Assembly (NCBI GenBank): GCA_001780035.1
Contig: MFEY01000007.1
Span: 198,343-262,342, forward strand
Source: Candidatus Doudnabacteria bacterium RIFCSPHIGHO2_12_FULL_48_16
GTDB lineage: Bacteria > Patescibacteriota > Doudnabacteria > UBA920 > O2-02-FULL-48-8
Length of the DNA: 64,000 bases
Direction: 5' to 3'
Below the pieces are notes generated by a model. The model was given only the letters and a program-made list of their open reading frames with translations, did no database searches and was not told the DNA's origin. Shown in pieces: positions 1-8,250 of this stretch; position 1 is the stretch's first letter; the number at the start of each line of letters is the position of its first letter. The position numbers and the translations under genes are program-made.

Positions 1-23
1 TATAAGCGGACCAGAGCCACGGG

Positions 24-84
24 CGCAATCCTGACGAAAGTCAGGATCTCTCTATTGAGATCCCGAATCAAGTTCGGGATTGCC
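24..84 (-). repeat. Two-hairpin structured repeat element, copy C (inverted orientation)
   Basis: GCAAT-[hairpin 1]-ATCT..AGAT-[CCTGAC tttcg GTCAGG]-ATTGC architecture, shared with copies at 24504 and 43688. Confidence 0.6.
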
Positions 85-131
85 TCTCCTTTGCTTTTTT
101 GATTTAGTTTCTATTATCTATCACCTATCAG

Positions 132-872
132 CTACTGAATCAACCCCTGCTCCCTCGCGGATTTCTGGGCGGCTTCCAGTGACTTTTTGGCCGCCGCATT
201 ATCCGGCTCATACTGCAATATGGCGGTCCAGGCGTTGATCTCAATTAGCGGATCATTGATGGTATGACCATAGTAGGCATAAAAACGGACCAGATTTGCT
301 TCGTAATCAGTGGCTTTAAACGCTTCTTGAAACAACGGCTCCATTTCGTGCGGACGTTTTTTCAAATCATACCAAGACATCTCGATGAGTTTAGTATAAA
401 CAGAGGCGTTATTCGGAGCAATGGTTAGGGCTTTCCTAAATGACTCTTCAGCTTTCGCGTAATCCTTTAAGCGCCGGTAAATGCTCCCCAAATTGGAATA
501 CGGCACATACAAATTCGAGTCCGCTTTCGCGGCTTGCTCATAAGCGTAAATGGCCCGGCTCACCTGACCGAGTGATTCATGATTTAATCCCAGTTGAAGA
601 TAGAGGTCTGAGCACTTGTGGTCATCCTCCTTCGCTGAAGCTTCGGCGGACGGGTCGCTTGCTTGATCACAAGTTTTAATTTTGGTCTGCAGTTCCGCTA
701 TCACGGCTTCGACCCTCGCTCGCTGATCAGCCGTAATTTCCACTGGTTCGGTAATTTCTTCCGGCTGGCCAAAATATAAAATCATAGCCACCCCTGCAAT
801 GACGAGAACAACTAATCCTGCAATAATAGTTTTATTTTTTACGGTCCAAAATTTGATATCTGAGAGGTTCAT
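132..872 (-). CDS. TPR-repeat protein with N-terminal membrane anchor
   Basis: Single N-terminal hydrophobic helix (IIAGLVVLVIAGVAMILYF), then repeated A/Y/L-rich 34-aa TPR-like units (AIYAYEQAAK, YRRLKDYAKAEESFRKAL). Confidence 0.6.
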   Translation of the reverse strand: MNLSDIKFWTVKNKTIIAGLVVLVIAGVAMILYFGQPEEITEPVEITADQRARVEAVIAELQTKIKTCDQASDPSAEASAKEDDHKCSDLYLQLGLNHESLGQVSRAIYAYEQAAKADSNLYVPYSNLGSIYRRLKDYAKAEESFRKALTIAPNNASVYTKLIEMSWYDLKKRPHEMEPLFQEAFKATDYEANLVRFYAYYGHTINDPLIEINAWTAILQYEPDNAAAKKSLEAAQKSAREQGLIQ

Positions 873-946
873 AAATATAGGTTAATAGCCAAGATATAAT
901 AGTCCAATTATTAACCGATGGCAAGGGTGGGGTAGTTACCCAAACC

Positions 947-976
947 AAAAACCGCCTGCTTGCGCAAGGCGGTTTT
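947..976. terminator. Bidirectional rho-independent terminator (CCGCCTGC...GCAAGGCGG flanked by A-run and T-run)
   Basis: Hairpin with T-run on both strands; sits downstream of the surface-protein gene on the minus strand. Confidence 0.5.
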
Positions 977-1021
977 TGTGATGGTTTTAAGTTCCACCAA
1001 ACTTACACTAACTTACTAAAA

Positions 1022-4000
1022 TTAGTAAGAGAGAGTGCCACCATTGACAGGAATATTCTTGGTATCAGTGATGATACCGAAGGAAGTCTTGTCATCCCAG
1101 GTGAAGTCACCAACCGCTGCGAGAGCCGCAGTGATGGTTTCTGTCGCTGTGGAGGAGGCATTCGCGCCAGTGGTATCACCTTTGACCACGAAGGTCAAAG
1201 TGGTACCAGCAGCAACTGTCTGGCCGCTTGTGTTAATCAAGCCGGCCGTAACAGTAGCAGCGCTGTTGTGGTTCTTGGTCAACGCATTGGCTGTCGATCC
1301 ACTTGTGTAGTCGTAGTCAATGGTTGCGGCCAAGGTCACAGCAGTAACCGTAAGAGTGGTGGCATCCGGGATAGCCGTAATGACACCGCCTGCGGTTGAG
1401 GCCGTAGCAACACCAGTTCCACTGTAGCCAGTAACGGTCACTGTGTCACCGGTGGAAAATCCAGCGGTGGATGTGACGTTCAAGCTAGTGGAACCGTTCG
1501 CTTCGTCAGCAGTCAGAGTGGTCTGGGCTCCAAAGAAGAGCTTGCCAGTTCCTGGCTGCAACGGACGATAGTAAAGGATATCAGCATCGTCCAAGTCGAC
1601 TGTATAAGCAGCGCCGTTCTTGGTGAAGGTGATGGTGCAGTCGCCGCCGGTGACAGAGTCAACAACGGTAACCACCAAGTTACCCGTTACATAAGTTCCA
1701 CCGTCATCAACTCGGATAGTTGATCCGACTGGGATGCCATCGCAATCAGTCGGAACATCAATGACCTGGAAGGTGAGTTCAGCACCCCCGTCGCCACCGC
1801 TGTTGTCAGCGAAGGTAAGGGTTTGATACCCCTCAGTGGCCAAAGCCGTGTTGAGGTCAGTGCTCTTGTAGAGGTTGGCATTGCCAGAACTCGTCAAGAG
1901 AGCATTGCCGCTCAAAGTAACCGCAACCGCGTTCACGACTGCGTCGTAAGCGCTGTTAGCAGCAACATCAAAGCGGAACACTTCCTGAGTCGCGCTTTCA
2001 GATGTAGCACCTGAAGGTGACGCAGAGTTCAGAGCAACTGTGGCCTTGGTCCTGTAAATATCCTGGGCCGTACCGGCTGCAGATGAAACAGTTTCGGCAA
2101 TAGCCGCACCGGATGAAGCGCCGATTACGAGCACGTCATCAGTGGCGTGTACGATAGCCAAACTATGAGTTCCGCCGGAAACTGCGTTCGGGTAAGCGTT
2201 GACACTGCCCTTTAGAGTAAGGGTGGTGGTCGCGTTGCGAGGCAGAACCAAAGGAGTGGTCAAGTTAAAGGTCGCGGTGCCATCAACAGCAAGCGACAGT
2301 GAGGTTACGGTTGAACCAACCTGGGTGGAACCATTGAACAACTTGAGGTTGGACAAGGAACCGCCAAACTCATTCGGCGTGGTTGTGGAATCAGTCACAA
2401 TGATCTTGGTAATCTGTAGGTCTTCGGCTGAGCCGGCTTCAAAGTCGAACATAGCCAAAGTGACATCAGATTCACCCATGATCAATTGTCCAGCCACTGG
2501 TTGAGACGAGTTGGCCGAGACGGTGACAGAACCAGTCGAAGCGATCACTAAGCTCTGCAAATCAGCAGCGGTAGCATCCGAAGCGGACGAACCAGTAACT
2601 GCGCCAGTGGCGGATACGCTTACGTATTCCAAGCCGACTTCGGCAGTTGCATAATTTGCGGCGTTAGTGAGAATGTCAGCATACATATCGATGACAGCCT
2701 GTTGGCCGGCGGCGATAGTGAAAGCTGGGCTGGCGTTGAAGGTAAAGTCAACACCTTCAGTATCGGAGAGTTCGCCCTGAGTGACTCCGATTTGGGTGCT
2801 TCCATACATCATTCTCAGATTCTGGAAGTTGGCACCAAAGTCAGAAGTCGCATCTCCTGGGTCATCACCAACCACGATCTGGGTGACAGAGACGCCTTCG
2901 CCCGTACCGGCAGTTAAGACAAACGAACCAATTTTGACATTGGTCGCGCCCTTAACGCCAGTCGGGTTAGCCACAGTGGCGGAAGACATGGCGTTGTTAA
3001 TGGCTTCAGTCAAAGCGCCCGTCGCGGTGGTAACAGTGTTAGCATCGGATGAGGCGATAGTGATTGTAGCCAATGACACTTGACCGGTGGCAACCATGCC
3101 ACCGACAGAAACTTTGATTGTGGAAGCGGCAGTCAAAGCGCCACCTGTGGCGTCTTTGGTGTCAGCAACAACAGTCAATACTTTGGTCACGCCGGCTGGG
3201 ATGATGAAGGTATTACCTAAGCTAAAGGTCGTATCATCATCAGGAGAGGCGGTGGCCGTATCGACGAAGGTAGCTTCAGCAGTGTTGTCAGTGTCGAGAT
3301 CGGTGGTTGTCCCAACCTGTGAACCATCAACAAAGAGCTTGCCATTGTCGAGTCCAGCATCGTCGCCGGAAACAGTCAAGACAGTTCCAACGATAATCGT
3401 GGAAATCTTGACGGCTTCACCGGAGGCCTTGATGTTGAACTTAGCCAAGGTCACGCCAGTTGAAGCGGCGGTGACATTGCCAGTTGGGGAATCAGAAGCC
3501 TTGGTCACGGTCACGGTGCCGGAATTGATATCCGTCCCGTTGCCGGTTTCAGGCTCAATGATTGCCAAGGTGTCAGTCTGGTTCGGCTTGAGCGACACGC
3601 CGTAGTTCATGTCCTTAGCCGCGATGTCCGAAGACTTGCGGATAGTGAACTTGAACGAGCGGGAGGTGCCACCCACGATATCAGCGTGAACAGTGATCGT
3701 CTTGGTCTGGCCCGAAGTCAAAGAAATCGGGGAGGCCGAGAGATCAAATAAAACTGAATTGTCGGAAGCGACCTGCACGGTGGAACCGACTTGCACGCCA
3801 CTGTATTTCAGTTTGATGTTCTGAAGGTCAGTGGTGGCCACGGTGCCAACCAAAGTCAGGTTGAGCTTGGACACTTCAATAATCTGGTCAGCTGAGACCA
3901 AGTTGAAGCGCCAGACTTCCTGGTCATTCAATCCTGGGTCAATCGTCGCTGGGAACGAGGTGAAAGTGTTAATCGTCAATTTACCAAGGTCGGCCACGGT

Positions 4001-5140
4001 GGCAGTGGTCATCTTGTTGCCAACGAGTGGCAAACCGGAGACCGACGCGCCGCCGGAGAGAGCGACTGAGGTCAATGTGAGCGAGATGGTCTTACCAGAG
4101 GAAGTGCCGTTCGCCAAATCAGCCTTGACAGTGACGACACGGCTGGAGTTGGCAGGAACGGTGAACAAACCGGAAGAGTTGGTGAAGGTCGCAACTCCAT
4201 CAGAGTAGGAGTTGTATTCGGCCAATCGGGTGCTGCCATCATACAAGTAGATGTTGGACAAATCCGAGTTGGACGAAATACCGGTTCTCTTAACCGTGAC
4301 AGTCGTCACGACTGAAGCGGCAGAACCAGCGGTGAAGTTGACAGACAAGAACGGGATCAACGCTTGCGCGCCGTCGCCGGAAGTGGTGTCAGCAATGACT
4401 GAGGTAGCCACCGGGGTGGAAGCTGCGAGCGAAACGCTCAGAGCGCCGGAAACCGGAGGAGTGGTTGTGCCAGTGGTTGAGCAACCCGGGCGGGAGGCAA
4501 CCGCACCCTGGTCAGCCATAGCCAAGTCATAAGAGTTGGCTGCGACGACGTGGGCGAGATTGTAGCCAAATGAGCTAAAGTTGGCCATGGATGAAAAACC
4601 CATGCGGCCACTTGTACCCATCAGCCAGATTGCGCCATTGGAGATAACCTTGACACCAGCTGGGTGCGCAACTGCGCTGGAATCCAGGTTGGCGCCGGTG
4701 GAGAGATCGGCAAAGGTGTTGGCCGGAGCGGATTGGACGTTAGAGAAGCTAAATCCAAGACCGGTGAAGACCGAACCTGAGACGAATCCACGCTTTTGAC
4801 CGTTCGTCACTAAGTAAACGAGCGGGTCAGACGGACCTTTTACCAAGGTGCCGTCAGCGTAGGTCATAATAGGGCCGACTGGCAAAGCGACGTCTTCAGT
4901 GGTGGCAGTGACAACTTGCGAGAAGTTGTAACCCCAAGACTGGAAGACTTCAGCTGACGTGAAACCACGTCGGGTGCTGTTGGTGATCATCCAAACAACA
5001 CCGCCAGAGAGCACTAAACAACCTTCTGTGTGTACAGCAGCGGCAGCGAATGACGGGATAAGGCCGATTGACGCCCACAGGATTGTGGAAGCAGCCAAGC
5101 CGGCAGCCATTGCTTTCCGTGCTTTAGAAGATAATTGCAT
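1022..5140 (-). CDS. Giant cell-surface protein (1372 aa), S-layer/adhesin-like, Thr/Ser/Gly/Ala-rich with Ig-like repeat array
   Basis: Signal peptide (MQLSSKARKAMAAGLAASTILWASIGLIPSFAAAA). Three N-terminal ~60-aa repeats (G..R.GF.S..VF.S.GY.FS.V), then a long low-complexity beta-rich T/S/V/A region. AGGAGAA RBS, strong terminator downstream at about 947-976. Confidence 0.6.
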   Translation of the reverse strand: MQLSSKARKAMAAGLAASTILWASIGLIPSFAAAAVHTEGCLVLSGGVVWMITNSTRRGFTSAEVFQSWGYNFSQVVTATTEDVALPVGPIMTYADGTLVKGPSDPLVYLVTNGQKRGFVSGSVFTGLGFSFSNVQSAPANTFADLSTGANLDSSAVAHPAGVKVISNGAIWLMGTSGRMGFSSMANFSSFGYNLAHVVAANSYDLAMADQGAVASRPGCSTTGTTTPPVSGALSVSLAASTPVATSVIADTTSGDGAQALIPFLSVNFTAGSAASVVTTVTVKRTGISSNSDLSNIYLYDGSTRLAEYNSYSDGVATFTNSSGLFTVPANSSRVVTVKADLANGTSSGKTISLTLTSVALSGGASVSGLPLVGNKMTTATVADLGKLTINTFTSFPATIDPGLNDQEVWRFNLVSADQIIEVSKLNLTLVGTVATTDLQNIKLKYSGVQVGSTVQVASDNSVLFDLSASPISLTSGQTKTITVHADIVGGTSRSFKFTIRKSSDIAAKDMNYGVSLKPNQTDTLAIIEPETGNGTDINSGTVTVTKASDSPTGNVTAASTGVTLAKFNIKASGEAVKISTIIVGTVLTVSGDDAGLDNGKLFVDGSQVGTTTDLDTDNTAEATFVDTATASPDDDTTFSLGNTFIIPAGVTKVLTVVADTKDATGGALTAASTIKVSVGGMVATGQVSLATITIASSDANTVTTATGALTEAINNAMSSATVANPTGVKGATNVKIGSFVLTAGTGEGVSVTQIVVGDDPGDATSDFGANFQNLRMMYGSTQIGVTQGELSDTEGVDFTFNASPAFTIAAGQQAVIDMYADILTNAANYATAEVGLEYVSVSATGAVTGSSASDATAADLQSLVIASTGSVTVSANSSQPVAGQLIMGESDVTLAMFDFEAGSAEDLQITKIIVTDSTTTPNEFGGSLSNLKLFNGSTQVGSTVTSLSLAVDGTATFNLTTPLVLPRNATTTLTLKGSVNAYPNAVSGGTHSLAIVHATDDVLVIGASSGAAIAETVSSAAGTAQDIYRTKATVALNSASPSGATSESATQEVFRFDVAANSAYDAVVNAVAVTLSGNALLTSSGNANLYKSTDLNTALATEGYQTLTFADNSGGDGGAELTFQVIDVPTDCDGIPVGSTIRVDDGGTYVTGNLVVTVVDSVTGGDCTITFTKNGAAYTVDLDDADILYYRPLQPGTGKLFFGAQTTLTADEANGSTSLNVTSTAGFSTGDTVTVTGYSGTGVATASTAGGVITAIPDATTLTVTAVTLAATIDYDYTSGSTANALTKNHNSAATVTAGLINTSGQTVAAGTTLTFVVKGDTTGANASSTATETITAALAAVGDFTWDDKTSFGIITDTKNIPVNGGTLSY

Positions 5141-5624
5141 TGTATTCTCCTGTTTAACGGTTGCGCTTGCAGAATCAGGATTAATTATTCATATGAGACA
5201 ATCAATCCGTCATTCGAAACCAACCGATAAACATTTGTTTAATTTATTGCTCCGACGCTCTTGCGAGGTACGGAGTTCCGACTGTAACGTCGGAATAGAA
5301 TTAACTATTCGCCTTTTTACAGGCAAAAAAGCACAATGATCGACCCCGGGTTTTAAAGCCCCGATTGTGTTTCTATATAGTATTAATTCCACTTGTTAAG
5401 ACGAACGTCTGGAGAGGTTGGTTACAAAGAAATTATTCATAATTCCCCAGTATTCAGCCAGACGCAGACCCTCGATAAAATCCCCAAGGTTAGCCAATTT
5501 TCAGCAATAAAAAACCACCGCGGGTTAATTGCTCCCGGGCAGAGATATTGCTTAGTATTGAATTGATCCTGTGGGCATTTGCATCGAGTGTCAGTATTAT
5601 ATATAAAAGTGCCTTATTTGTCAA

Positions 5625-5687
5625 CCCTGTTAGAAGTCCACGCCAAAAAGCGTGGCATCCGCCTAAGGCGGATTACTTCTAACAGGG
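5625..5687. ncRNA. Y-shaped structured element: 13-bp closing stem CCCTGTTAGAAGT/ACTTCTAACAGGG enclosing two GC hairpins
   Basis: Inner hairpins CCACGCcaaaaaGCGTGG and TCCGCCtaaGGCGGA. Lies between two terminator-like hairpins downstream of tRNA-Gly. Confidence 0.35.
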
Positions 5688-5734
5688 TCAAGCTATAAGA
5701 AACAAAATTTAAATCCCCTTTCGGGGAGGTTTTT

Positions 5735-5808
5735 TGGAGCGGGATGCGGGAATCGAACCCGCGCCACCAGCTTGGAAGGCTAGCGTACTACCATTATACG
5801 AATCCCGC
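5735..5808 (-). tRNA. tRNA-Gly (anticodon TCC)
   Basis: Reverse complement GCGGGATTCGTATAATGGTAGTACGCTAGCCTTCCAAGCTGGTGGCGCGGGTTCGATTCCCGCATCCCGCTCCA. Cloverleaf with GTTCGATTC T-loop, anticodon loop CTTCCAA, encoded CCA. Confidence 0.85.
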
Positions 5809-5951
5809 TGAATCAATTCATAAGAAATTTTATCAAAATTTCCAGGTATTATCAATGGTCTATCGTTATCCACAAATTACTTGATAGGTATTGATAGGAT
5901 ATCTATTTTGTCCACAAAAGGAAGGCTGGCCTGTGAAGACCAGCCTTTTGC

Positions 5952-6767
5952 TTAACCATCGAGTTCTTCAGTACGCGTGATTGCGGCCGCAATCCCTGCC
6001 TCGATCACCTCGGACAGTTTCAGTTGCGCAAACACGTCGAGCCCGGCTTGTGTGATCCCGCCCTTGGTCGCCACGGATCGGACGATGTCAGCGAGATCCA
6101 ATTTTTGATCAAACGCCCTATGACAAAGGCCAAGCGTGGAAAGCAGGACTTCGCGCAGCGCCTCTTCTCGGCTCCAGCCTTGAGCCTCAATCGCGGCCAC
6201 GAAAGCTCCAAGTCCATACGCTACTAGTCCGGGCAGAGCGCCGATCGCAACAATCGCGGTTTTGACATCGTTCTCCACCACGGTTTCAAGCGCCTCACCC
6301 CAGCTGCGGATGATCTGAATCGCCATGCCACTCACTTCTGTGGCCATTGAAGGTTCGATCATATAGACGCTTCTCGCCTGGCCAGTCGCGGCCAAGATAC
6401 TTGTGCTCGCACGAACGAGACGACGTGTTCCGAGAACCCGAGTCAACGTGACAAAGGTCTTCCCTGTCACTACAGACAAGACGGTCTGTGTCGGGTTCAA
6501 AACCGGCGCCAAGTCACGCCCGACTTGCGCCAAATCCCCTGGCCTCACCGCCACGATCACGACCTCGGCGTCAGTAACTGCCTCAACCAAACACGCGCGG
6601 GCCTGGCATCTGGGAATCTGAGCTTCAATTTCCTTCAGGCGGCGTGAATCCTGACGACAAACCCACAACTCGCGAGGGTGGCAGACTTGCGTCTCGACCA
6701 ACCGCCTAGCAATGATTGAACCCAATTTCCCAAACCCGATTAACGCGACTTTCGAGCTGTTACTCAT
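5952..6767 (-). CDS. proC: Pyrroline-5-carboxylate reductase
   Basis: N-terminal Rossmann VALIGFGKLG. C-terminal P5CR signature ATKGGITQAGLDVF. AAGGAGGAGAG RBS. GC-richer than surroundings. Confidence 0.8.
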   Translation of the reverse strand: MSNSSKVALIGFGKLGSIIARRLVETQVCHPRELWVCRQDSRRLKEIEAQIPRCQARACLVEAVTDAEVVIVAVRPGDLAQVGRDLAPVLNPTQTVLSVVTGKTFVTLTRVLGTRRLVRASTSILAATGQARSVYMIEPSMATEVSGMAIQIIRSWGEALETVVENDVKTAIVAIGALPGLVAYGLGAFVAAIEAQGWSREEALREVLLSTLGLCHRAFDQKLDLADIVRSVATKGGITQAGLDVFAQLKLSEVIEAGIAAAITRTEELDG

Positions 6768-6968
6768 CGCTCTCCTCCTTTATTGTAAGCAAACAAAAAC
6801 TGACCCGAAGGGTCAGAGAATTGAGTTTGAAAAAATCCAACGCAAATCACTTATCCTTCGGATAAGTGGGTCGGCGGAACTTGATTGATAATTAAATAAT
6901 GCATGACTTTGACAGTATAGATCGGGTGTAAATCTGAGTCAAATTTTTCCAGAAACATCAGACGTTTC

Positions 6969-7042
6969 TGGTCGGGGTGCTGGGAATTGAACCCAGTCTA
7001 CCTGCTCCCAAAGCAGGCGTACTACCGGTATACGACACCCCG
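6969..7042 (-). tRNA. tRNA-Pro (anticodon TGG)
   Basis: Reverse complement CGGGGTGTCGTATACCGGTAGTACGCCTGCTTTGGGAGCAGGTAGACTGGGTTCAATTCCCAGCACCCCGACCA. Acceptor CGGGGTG/CACCCCG, anticodon loop TTTGGGA. Confidence 0.85.
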
Positions 7043-7119
7043 TAAGCAGCTGCCTAATTATATCTAATATTCACCTTTTTTAAAACCCCCTTGCGGGGGC
7101 TTTAAAAAATTTTTATATT

Positions 7120-7557
7120 TTATTGCTTAGAGGGATAGACTTCGTAAGTGCCGATCCATTCAACACCGCTTAAGTCAGTTCTGTGGCCCAAAGATTTTTT
7201 GAAGCCATGGTCGAGCATAAACACTTCGGGATTATCCAAACTGTAAACTACCAGGGTTCCAGTTTTGTGCGAGGACAATGCATTGATGGTGCCCGTATAA
7301 TCGTAGTTGCCGATCTGATTATCAGCGACCGTCCTAATTAGGCTCCAATCACTGCCGTAGCGCACCACATATGCTTCGCGCGACAGCGGCACGCGCTGTA
7401 AATTATCTTCGACCAAGAACACCGTGGCGTTGGTTTGGGTTTTTATGAGATCCCCCGCCTTCGGGGTGTATTCTGCAGCCGAGGCGTGGGAAGCGGTAAA
7501 AAGCATATAGCCGCCAGCCAATCCGAGACCCAGAAGAATCAGTTTGGATTTGCTCAT
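7120..7557 (-). CDS. Hypothetical secreted protein (signal peptide)
   Basis: Likely start at internal MSKSKLILLGLGLAGGYMLFTASHASA (cleavable signal peptide); the track ORF extends further upstream. Hairpin plus T-run terminator downstream. Confidence 0.5.
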   Translation of the reverse strand: MSKSKLILLGLGLAGGYMLFTASHASAAEYTPKAGDLIKTQTNATVFLVEDNLQRVPLSREAYVVRYGSDWSLIRTVADNQIGNYDYTGTINALSSHKTGTLVVYSLDNPEVFMLDHGFKKSLGHRTDLSGVEWIGTYEVYPSKQ

Positions 7558-7619
7558 AAATTGATTAATTAATGGACTTAAGAATATAGCAAATTTAGCG
7601 CTCGCCGTCAAGAAAAAAA

Positions 7620-7670
7620 CCCCAAAACCCACCAAAGGACGGGCAGGCAAGTTCGGGGTTGCGTTATTCC
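7620..7670 (-). terminator. Terminator hairpin with conserved 22-nt loop (CCAAAGGACGGGCAGGCAAGTTCGGGG core)
   Basis: Stem CCCCAAAAC/GTTCGGGG followed by T7 on the minus strand, downstream of the HU gene. Near-identical copy at 35160. Confidence 0.5.
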
Positions 7671-7797
7671 TTTTTCTTTTTAGCGAGGCGTGGCTGCAAA
7701 ACTAACCTGCGCAGTCCCGATCACATCGGGACGAGCACGTAGGCCGCAAATTCAGCAGAATTTGACGGCCGATAGTTTTGCGGCAGCGCCGAGCGCC

Positions 7798-8073
7798 CTA
7801 TCTTACTGCTTCTTTGAGGTTTTTGCCGGCGCGAAACTTGGGAACCTTGGTCGCCGCAATCTGGATTTTTTCTTCCGGCTTTTGCGGATTGACGCCCATG
7901 CGCGCGGACCTATTCATAACCACAAACGAGCCAAAGCCGGAGATATTCACTTCCTGCCCGCTCTTTAAAGTCTCGGTGATGACATCGACAAATCCGTGCA
8001 AAGCCCGTTCGGCATCCTGCTTGCCCATTGCGAGTTTCGCAGCCAGAGCATCAATCAGTTCTTGTTTATTCAT
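7798..8073 (-). CDS. hup: DNA-binding protein HU
   Basis: 91 aa: MNKQELIDALAAK...GFGSFVVMNRSARMGVNPQ...KVPKFRAGKNLKEAV, the canonical HU/IHF fold signature. Confidence 0.9.
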   Translation of the reverse strand: MNKQELIDALAAKLAMGKQDAERALHGFVDVITETLKSGQEVNISGFGSFVVMNRSARMGVNPQKPEEKIQIAATKVPKFRAGKNLKEAVR

Positions 8074-8083
8074 CCCGTTAGAA

Positions 8084-8178
8084 ATAATGATTAGTTGGAT
8101 AATAATTAAAATTTATACTGATTCCCGTTGATTATAATCTATATTATATATTAAGCTATGTCCAATTTCTAACGGGAT
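8084..8178. mobile_element. MITE-like element with 12-bp terminal inverted repeats CCCGTTAGAAAT / ATTTCTAACGGG, AT-rich 71-bp core
   Basis: Perfect terminal inverted repeats (TIRs) immediately upstream of the HU start codon. Core shares TACTG..ATTCCCGTTGA with the element at 50044. Confidence 0.45.
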
Positions 8179-8250
8179 TCAAAGGCTTGGGTTGAAACTT
8201 TACTAATTAAGCGATCCGAATGACCCGAATTAACATCCGAATTATCCGAA

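Noticed and set aside
440-679. 79-aa plus-strand ORF antisense to the TPR gene
   Set aside because: Fully embedded antisense to a well-supported gene, no RBS, Ser/Pro/Arg-rich junk composition.
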